NCBI GenBank assembly: GCA_050250895.1
Contig: JBFWNU010000001.1
Coordinates: 904,008-968,007 of the forward strand
Reading direction: 5' to 3'
DNA length: 64,000 nucleotides
Source of the DNA: Vulcanimicrobiota bacterium
Lineage (GTDB): Bacteria > Vulcanimicrobiota > Xenobia > Xenobiales > JADMJV01
Within the stretch, counting starts at the first letter, position 1, and the number at the start of each line of letters is the position of its first letter. A model generated the notes under the pieces. The model saw only the letters and a program-made list of their open reading frames with translations. It searched no databases and was not told where the DNA came from. Position numbers and translations under genes: made by a program. Of the stretch, positions 58,603 to 64,000 are shown piece after piece.

Positions 58603-59408
58603 CGGCCAAGGCATCGCGGTTGGGTATGCGCCATACCCCCGACCTGGTCGAATTGGAGAACGCCTACCCGCCGGCCATGCGCCAGGGAGAGAAGGTGCTG
58701 CGCTCCAAGCTGAGGACGCTCGAATCCTATCGCTTACAGCTTTCCTTCATCCTTCACGACGAGGGCCGCTGCGTGGGCTACCTGGTGGCCTATCCCCAGC
58801 GCAGCTTGCTGGATGTCGAGAAGCCTGACCGCATCGTCTACATCGACGATATCCAGGTGGTGCAAGGCCATGAAGCCGGACTCTACCGCCTGCTCAAGTT
58901 GCTCTCGCAAGAGTTAGCCCGATTCAAGATGAGTCACTGGCCCATCGAGGGAGTCTGCCGACGACGCTCGTTTCGCGTGTTTCAAGACCACCAGAGCCTC
59001 ATTCGCCGCCTCGGCTGGGAACTGGCGGGCCACTACGCCTATTGGGACGATCAAGCCGGCGAAGAGATGTGCTGGATGCGCTGGTGGCCGCTCGCCGTCG
59101 GGGTGGAGCGACCGCCCGAGCGCGATCGCATCGACCTCTCGGGTGAACAGGACTATGACGACGATCCGCTGCCAGAACTGGTTAGCCTCGAGCCCGCCCC
59201 CCGGCCGGCCGGGGCAGATGAGCCACTGCCGGAACTGGTTCATCTCGGGCCCCTCCACGAAGAGAAGATGCCGGCGCTCACCTATCTATTGTTGGGCGAC
59301 CCTGACAGCGAACTGGTGCCGGCTCCCGAGAATCCCCCGGTGCGCCACCGACTGGAGATGCCGGGGGTCCGCTCCTTTTTCGGCAATCCCCGAATCCGAC
59401 CGAGCTAA
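58599..59408 (+). CDS. Hypothetical protein, possible GNAT-like fold
   Basis: LVELENAYP, GRCVGYLVAY, VYIDDIQV, RLGW. Confidence 0.55.
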   Translation: MTAKASRLGMRHTPDLVELENAYPPAMRQGEKVLRSKLRTLESYRLQLSFILHDEGRCVGYLVAYPQRSLLDVEKPDRIVYIDDIQVVQGHEAGLYRLLKLLSQELARFKMSHWPIEGVCRRRSFRVFQDHQSLIRRLGWELAGHYAYWDDQAGEEMCWMRWWPLAVGVERPPERDRIDLSGEQDYDDDPLPELVSLEPAPRPAGADEPLPELVHLGPLHEEKMPALTYLLLGDPDSELVPAPENPPVRHRLEMPGVRSFFGNPRIRPS

Positions 59409-59410
59409 GG

Positions 59411-61267
59411 CTAGGCCTTCCAGTAGACGAGTTCGACCTGAATCCGCTTGTCGGGAAGCGATTTCACGAAAGCATCCAGCAACTTGTCGTTGTAAATGAA
59501 CTCGATGGCGTCGCAGTTGTCGAACTCGATGCCGTTGGGTGCACCAGGACCGGACGGAGGGTCTTTCTGCAGGGCTACAATCGAGCCCTCGAAGGTGGCT
59601 CGCTCGGCGTGCACGCCCTCCATCTTGATTCCCTGGCGGGCATAAACCAGGCCTCGGAAATCCCAATCGCTAGCCCCGTTCGGATTTCTGAGAATGACGT
59701 TGTTACCGGCGAAGATCACCAATCCGGGCTCGCTGGCCGGCGACTCGGCAACCACGGCCGAAGTATTCTTAGGTTGGATCCTGACATCGCCCTGACGAGA
59801 GATCAAAGCACCCAGACCGTTGGTGATTCCATCCTCGATATTGATTGTGTCTTTGGCGATAATCGCGGCCCGGTCCGGGGCCCCGCCCGCATAGCCCGGA
59901 TTGTAGCCGAGGTTAAGAGTGGGCGCGGGCGTCTCGGCGGGCGCGCCCGCCTGCGTCTCAGAGGTAATGTGGAACTGCCCGTCCACGTTGATGGTGGCAT
60001 CGGCGTCGGCGTTGAAGGCCTGATTGTTGAGGTCGAAGTTCGCTTTGCCATAAGAGAGAATGCCAGTTTCGAGCAAGGTTACCGGGGTGCCGTAGCCGGT
60101 AACGTCCACCACGTTGACCGCAATGGTGGAGGGAACGAGGTTGAGCGGGTCGGAGCCTCCCGTCGAAGTTGGCACCTGGGTCAGCAGATCGTCGTTATGG
60201 TGGGTGGCCCGCCAGACGCTGGTCGGCGTAGTATCCAAAGGGTCGGCGTAGTACTCCATCACATCCACCCAAACGGTAGCTGTGTTCGAAATCGTACTCG
60301 AGTCATCACTCAACTCGAGGAAATCCATTGAGTCCTGATACTGCGCGGTGTAGGTCACGTCGGCCTGTCGGCGCACGAAGTTATAGCGACCGGGCGGCAT
60401 GGTGATGTCGGTGTGGGTGCTCGAAACCTTGATGTCACCCTCTTCCATATCGTAGATCGAGAAGTGGGCATCGGCCAATGGCACGACTTTACCGTGAGTG
60501 TGGTTGGTGGCGTCGCGCAACTCGTCGACATCGTCGATGGCTTCTGAGGTGACCAGACCCGGGTCGTAAGAGAAGATGTTTTTCTTGGACCAGAGCATGC
60601 CTTTGGTGTCGGGCGAGGTCGAGCCCCCCGGCAGCAAAAACTGACTGTTTTGGGCCGTCAGCACGTTGGGCACGTAGATATCGCCCTCGGCTCGCAGCAT
60701 GTTCCGATTTTCGTCCATACTGCGCATTTCCAGGACGTTAGCTCTGACGTTGAGGTCAGCCCTGGTGAGCACCGACGAGTCGAACAGAGGCGCCACCTGG
60801 ACCAGGAACTCGGCTTGACGACTGGCCTGAGAGCTCGTGCATCGCACTCGACACAGAGCCCGCCCGGAGGTGACCGGGCCGTTCACGTCGGGGTCGGTGC
60901 TGCCCACCAGGTTGTTGAGGACCTCTCCTTCGAACTCCACCTCGAGAGCCGGGATGGTCCCCGTGAAACGATGGCTATTGGGCACCTGGGTGATGGTCAG
61001 ATTGCCGGCAGGATCGGAGTCGCTGCCAGCCCCGAAGAGCTCGGCTCCCCAATCGCGCTCGTGCTCGAGGCGGTAACAGATATAGTTGTAGACAGCGTCG
61101 CAACCGGCCGCGGCCGACTCGCTGGCGGCACTGCTACGGGTCAGGGAGTAGTGACTTCGGTAAACTTCAAAGAGGGCCCCCACCAGCAGGGTCAGCACCG
61201 CCACCATCATCATGGTGACGGCCAGGGCGATCCCTCGCGAGGGTTTGGGACGTGACTGCTTGGCCAT
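59411..61267 (-). CDS. PilX-like pilin/adhesin with large beta-rich domain
   Basis: RG|IALAVTMMMV (no Glu5), AAAG motif, C-terminal GLVYA/FEGSIVA/I.Y repeats. Confidence 0.7.
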   Translation of the reverse strand: MAKQSRPKPSRGIALAVTMMMVAVLTLLVGALFEVYRSHYSLTRSSAASESAAAGCDAVYNYICYRLEHERDWGAELFGAGSDSDPAGNLTITQVPNSHRFTGTIPALEVEFEGEVLNNLVGSTDPDVNGPVTSGRALCRVRCTSSQASRQAEFLVQVAPLFDSSVLTRADLNVRANVLEMRSMDENRNMLRAEGDIYVPNVLTAQNSQFLLPGGSTSPDTKGMLWSKKNIFSYDPGLVTSEAIDDVDELRDATNHTHGKVVPLADAHFSIYDMEEGDIKVSSTHTDITMPPGRYNFVRRQADVTYTAQYQDSMDFLELSDDSSTISNTATVWVDVMEYYADPLDTTPTSVWRATHHNDDLLTQVPTSTGGSDPLNLVPSTIAVNVVDVTGYGTPVTLLETGILSYGKANFDLNNQAFNADADATINVDGQFHITSETQAGAPAETPAPTLNLGYNPGYAGGAPDRAAIIAKDTINIEDGITNGLGALISRQGDVRIQPKNTSAVVAESPASEPGLVIFAGNNVILRNPNGASDWDFRGLVYARQGIKMEGVHAERATFEGSIVALQKDPPSGPGAPNGIEFDNCDAIEFIYNDKLLDAFVKSLPDKRIQVELVYWKA

Positions 61268-61303
61268 TTCTCAAGTATAGCAGCTCAACGATGCGTATGC
61301 CAC

Positions 61304-61969
61304 TTAAATGGCGGGCCAGGTGTTGCGGGGGCGAAAGGTCATCGTCACCTCCAGCGTATCCTCTACCTGGGTGTTGGAGAGGGCCCGCTTGAGACCGGCC
61401 CGATAGAGACGCGCGCGGACTCGCACACTACCATTCTGCAAGCGCGGGATGACCTCAAAATCGAGCACATTGTGAGACAAGATCCGCGAGCCGAGCACGC
61501 TTGCGTTGGCCAGGGGATCGATGTCGTTCATGTTGGTGCCGAGATTGGGATAACCCGTCGCGATCGGGACCGATGGAGGTTGAATGACCTGACGCACCAG
61601 CCGGCCGGGCTGTTCCTGGGTGGCGTACCATACCACGTAGCGATTCCAACGTGGTCGTTCGCTGGCGCCGTCAAAATTGAGATTGTTGCTCCAGTCATCG
61701 AGGGTGACCAGCGAAAGACCATCACGCTGGCCTTGAGCGGTGGGACGCGATACCGAGCCCACCTGCCAGAAGCTGGTGCCTTCGAGATCGCGCTGTAGCA
61801 GCACTTTGATGGCTCGCAGCTCCGTTTCGGCCGACTGACGGGTCGAGGTCTCGTAGAAACAACGAGTGGCCATGACAAACGAGCCGAAGACCAGACTCAA
61901 GAGCAGGGTCAGCACCGCCATTGCAGCCAGCAACTCTAGCAAACTAAAGCCGGACTTACGTCTGGACAT
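61304..61969 (-). CDS. PilW/PulJ-like minor pilin
   Basis: SG|FSLLELLAAMAV. Confidence 0.8.
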   Translation of the reverse strand: MSRRKSGFSLLELLAAMAVLTLLLSLVFGSFVMATRCFYETSTRQSAETELRAIKVLLQRDLEGTSFWQVGSVSRPTAQGQRDGLSLVTLDDWSNNLNFDGASERPRWNRYVVWYATQEQPGRLVRQVIQPPSVPIATGYPNLGTNMNDIDPLANASVLGSRILSHNVLDFEVIPRLQNGSVRVRARLYRAGLKRALSNTQVEDTLEVTMTFRPRNTWPAI

Positions 61970-62390
61970 AAACCATCCGCGTCATGTTGAGTGTTTTCGT
62001 GCCCCGCTCTGCCCCACCACCCTGGCCAGCCGCCTCACTCCACCACATGCGGACATGAACCTGCCAAACCTTGCCCATCTCGAGATCGGGCGTCGCCTCG
62101 CGCACCAGTTCGGCCGTGACTTCATAATGGAAATCCACTGGCTGGCCTTGTTGGCCGACGCGAGATTGCCTCACCATGACGCCGGTACCACCCCAATTGG
62201 GAGGCCCGGCCAATACGGCTTCTTGAATCACGCCTTCGGCCAACATGCGGGCCACGGTCTGGCTGGAGGAATAGCTCTGAACGCTCAAGGCCCGAGTCAA
62301 AGCGGCGATCAGCCCCAATCCGGCAATAGCCAGGATCGTGAGAGCCAAGAAGACCTCGATTAAAGACATCCCCGCGTTCTTGCGAACCAC
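61956..62390 (-). CDS. PilV-like minor pilin
   Basis: AG|MSLIEVFLAL; GTG start at 62390, 6 nt after TATAAT. Confidence 0.8.
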   Translation of the reverse strand: MVRKNAGMSLIEVFLALTILAIAGLGLIAALTRALSVQSYSSSQTVARMLAEGVIQEAVLAGPPNWGGTGVMVRQSRVGQQGQPVDFHYEVTAELVREATPDLEMGKVWQVHVRMWWSEAAGQGGGAERGTKTLNMTRMVYVQT

Positions 62391-62457
62391 CCGGACATTA
62401 TAGCACAGACCCCCTACCCTGGCAGGGCACCCCGAGGTTTGGGCCAAACCAGAGAGA

Positions 62458-62745
62458 GTGGCTTCCCGATGGTGGCTATACATGGTACGCTGCGCCGACA
62501 ACGCCCTCTATACCGGAATCAGCACCGACGTGGACGAGCGACTCCGCCAACACCAAGAGGGCGAACGCGGAGCCAAGTTTCTCAGAGGGCGCGGCCCTTT
62601 GCAACTTGCCTTTAGCGCCCCGCTGGGTGATCGCTCGCTGGCCTCGCGGGCCGAGTATCTGGTGAAGCGCCTTTCTAAAGCCTCCAAAGAACGGCTGGTG
62701 GAAGGCAGTCTCAAGCTCGAACAGGTGCTTACCGAGGGGCCTTAG
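62458..62745 (+). CDS. GIY-YIG nuclease family protein (YhbQ/UPF0213)
   Basis: YMVRCAD..LYTGI, RL.QH..G..GAKF.RGRGP. Confidence 0.9.
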   Translation: MASRWWLYMVRCADNALYTGISTDVDERLRQHQEGERGAKFLRGRGPLQLAFSAPLGDRSLASRAEYLVKRLSKASKERLVEGSLKLEQVLTEGP

Positions 62746-62781
62746 AGCAGGAGAAACCGTCCCCTCGGGAAACCGCCCACG

Positions 62782-64000
62782 ATGCCCGCGGACTACTCTC
62801 GCGAGACGCTTTACCAGGTCGTCCTCGACCGCTTTTCAGGCTCTGAGGGCGCCTTGAACCTGCCGGACCCTCGGCGCCAGGCCAGGGCCTGGCGTCGCCG
62901 CTGCGGTGGAACGCTAGCCGGGCTCACCAGCCGGCTCGACTACATCAAAGAGTTGGGAGCCAGCCTGATCTGGATCTCGCCACTGGTGACCAACGCCGAC
63001 CTACCCCGTTGGGACGGCTTTCATGGCTACTGGGCCCTGGACTTCACCCGCCAGGACCAGCGCTGGGGGCCCCCCGAGCACCTCGACGAGTTGCTGGCCA
63101 AGTCCAAGGCCAGAGGACTGGGTGTGGTGCTCGATGTGGTGGTCAACCATACCAACCCCATCGACTCCAAGCACGCCGGAGCACTCTTTGTCGGTGACCG
63201 CAAGATCGCCGACTATGGCAACGACCCCGAGGGAATCTTTCACCACAACGGTTTTCTCGATCTGGGTCAAGCCTACGAGCCGACTGCCTGGCAGACCCAA
63301 AACCTGCACGGCCTGGCCGATCTAAACCAGACCAACCCCTGGGTCGACCGCCACCTCAAGCAAGCTTACACCGATTGGCTAGAGCGAGGATTTACCGGCT
63401 TTCGTCTCGATACCGCCCGCCACGTCTGTCCTACCTGGCTCTCGGGGTTCGCCAACCACCTGTGGAAACGTCGGCCCGACGCTTTGCTCTTCGGGGAGTG
63501 GTGGGATGGTGGCGCGGATGTCGAACCAGCCGTGGAATTCGCCCGCGAAACCGGAATGCATCTGACCGATTTCGGCCTGTCGCGCCGTCTCACCGGGGCT
63601 CTGCTGGGTCAGGGCTTCGAGCCGGTGGCCGATTACCTGGCCCTGGACGACCGTCTGCCCGACCCGTTCTCGACCGTCACCTTTCTCGACAATCACGACA
63701 TGCCTCGGTTTCTGAGCCAGGCCCGCTCCCGCGGCTTGTCGGCCGCGCAGGCCCGCGGCCGACTCGAGGCTGGACTGGCCTTGCTCATGTGCCTGCGCGG
63801 AATACCCTGTATCTATTACGGCACCGAGCAATACCTGCATCAATTGACCCGACCGCGCGGGCGGGCCCCGGGGGACGATCCCTACAATCGCGAGCCCATG
63901 GCTGGCTTCTCGCAGCGCACCCCGCTGTTCGAAATGATTTCGCGGTTGGCCCACCTGCGGCGAACCCACCCGGCCTGGGGCCGCCACGCCTCGGAAGTAC
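62782..64000 (+). CDS. Alpha-amylase family (GH13) glycoside hydrolase, CGTase-like (truncated by the window edge)
   Basis: Not in the ORF track. Manual translation: YQVVLDRF, GGTLAG...LDYIKELG..IWISP, HGYW, DVVVNH, GFRLDTARH, FGEW, FLDNHD. Confidence 0.9.
   Translation, partial: MPADYSRETLYQVVLDRFSGSEGALNLPDPRRQARAWRRRCGGTLAGLTSRLDYIKELGASLIWISPLVTNADLPRWDGFHGYWALDFTRQDQRWGPPEHLDELLAKSKARGLGVVLDVVVNHTNPIDSKHAGALFVGDRKIADYGNDPEGIFHHNGFLDLGQAYEPTAWQTQNLHGLADLNQTNPWVDRHLKQAYTDWLERGFTGFRLDTARHVCPTWLSGFANHLWKRRPDALLFGEWWDGGADVEPAVEFARETGMHLTDFGLSRRLTGALLGQGFEPVADYLALDDRLPDPFSTVTFLDNHDMPRFLSQARSRGLSAAQARGRLEAGLALLMCLRGIPCIYYGTEQYLHQLTRPRGRAPGDDPYNREPMAGFSQRTPLFEMISRLAHLRRTHPAWGRHASEV

Overview
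GC-rich bacterial chromosomal window, densely coding, with no rRNA, tRNA, CRISPR array or intact transposase that I can support. Gene content suggests a diderm with Terrabacteria-like housekeeping synteny: a TamB/AsmA-like protein and a secretin sit alongside Bacillus-like decarboxylase-tmk-holB-yaaT, sufCB-D-S-U and pdxST. A Vulcanimicrobiota/Eremiobacterota-like host is a guess only. Recognisable blocks are an Rrf2-autoregulated SUF Fe-S operon, a TPR protein with a degenerate cyclase domain, a type II secretion cluster (C divergent from I-J-K-L-M-N-D-E-F, no G/H) ending in an orphan lasso-B2-type protease, pdxS/T, PIG-L deacetylase plus nagB, a signal-peptide TPR-CHAT protease, tmk/holB/ricT followed by DnaA boxes, a minor-pilin trio and a GH13 amylase. 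The most striking unexplained signal is one promoter architecture found in front of six scattered orphan genes: 7-bp direct repeats (about TTCACAA) with an 11-bp period, ending exactly 19 bp before a TAnnnT-type -10 box. The six genes are two beta-propeller proteins, a hypothetical protein, a stand-alone FliF ring-domain protein, an endonuclease I and a 952-aa translocator-like protein. Several of them, plus an M48 protease, have signal-peptide-less disordered N-termini with a FlgM-like D-x-V/A-x-L motif. This hints at a co-regulated export/effector regulon. A mirror-symmetric cluster of cGNAg triloop hairpins lies at 7.7-8.0 kb.
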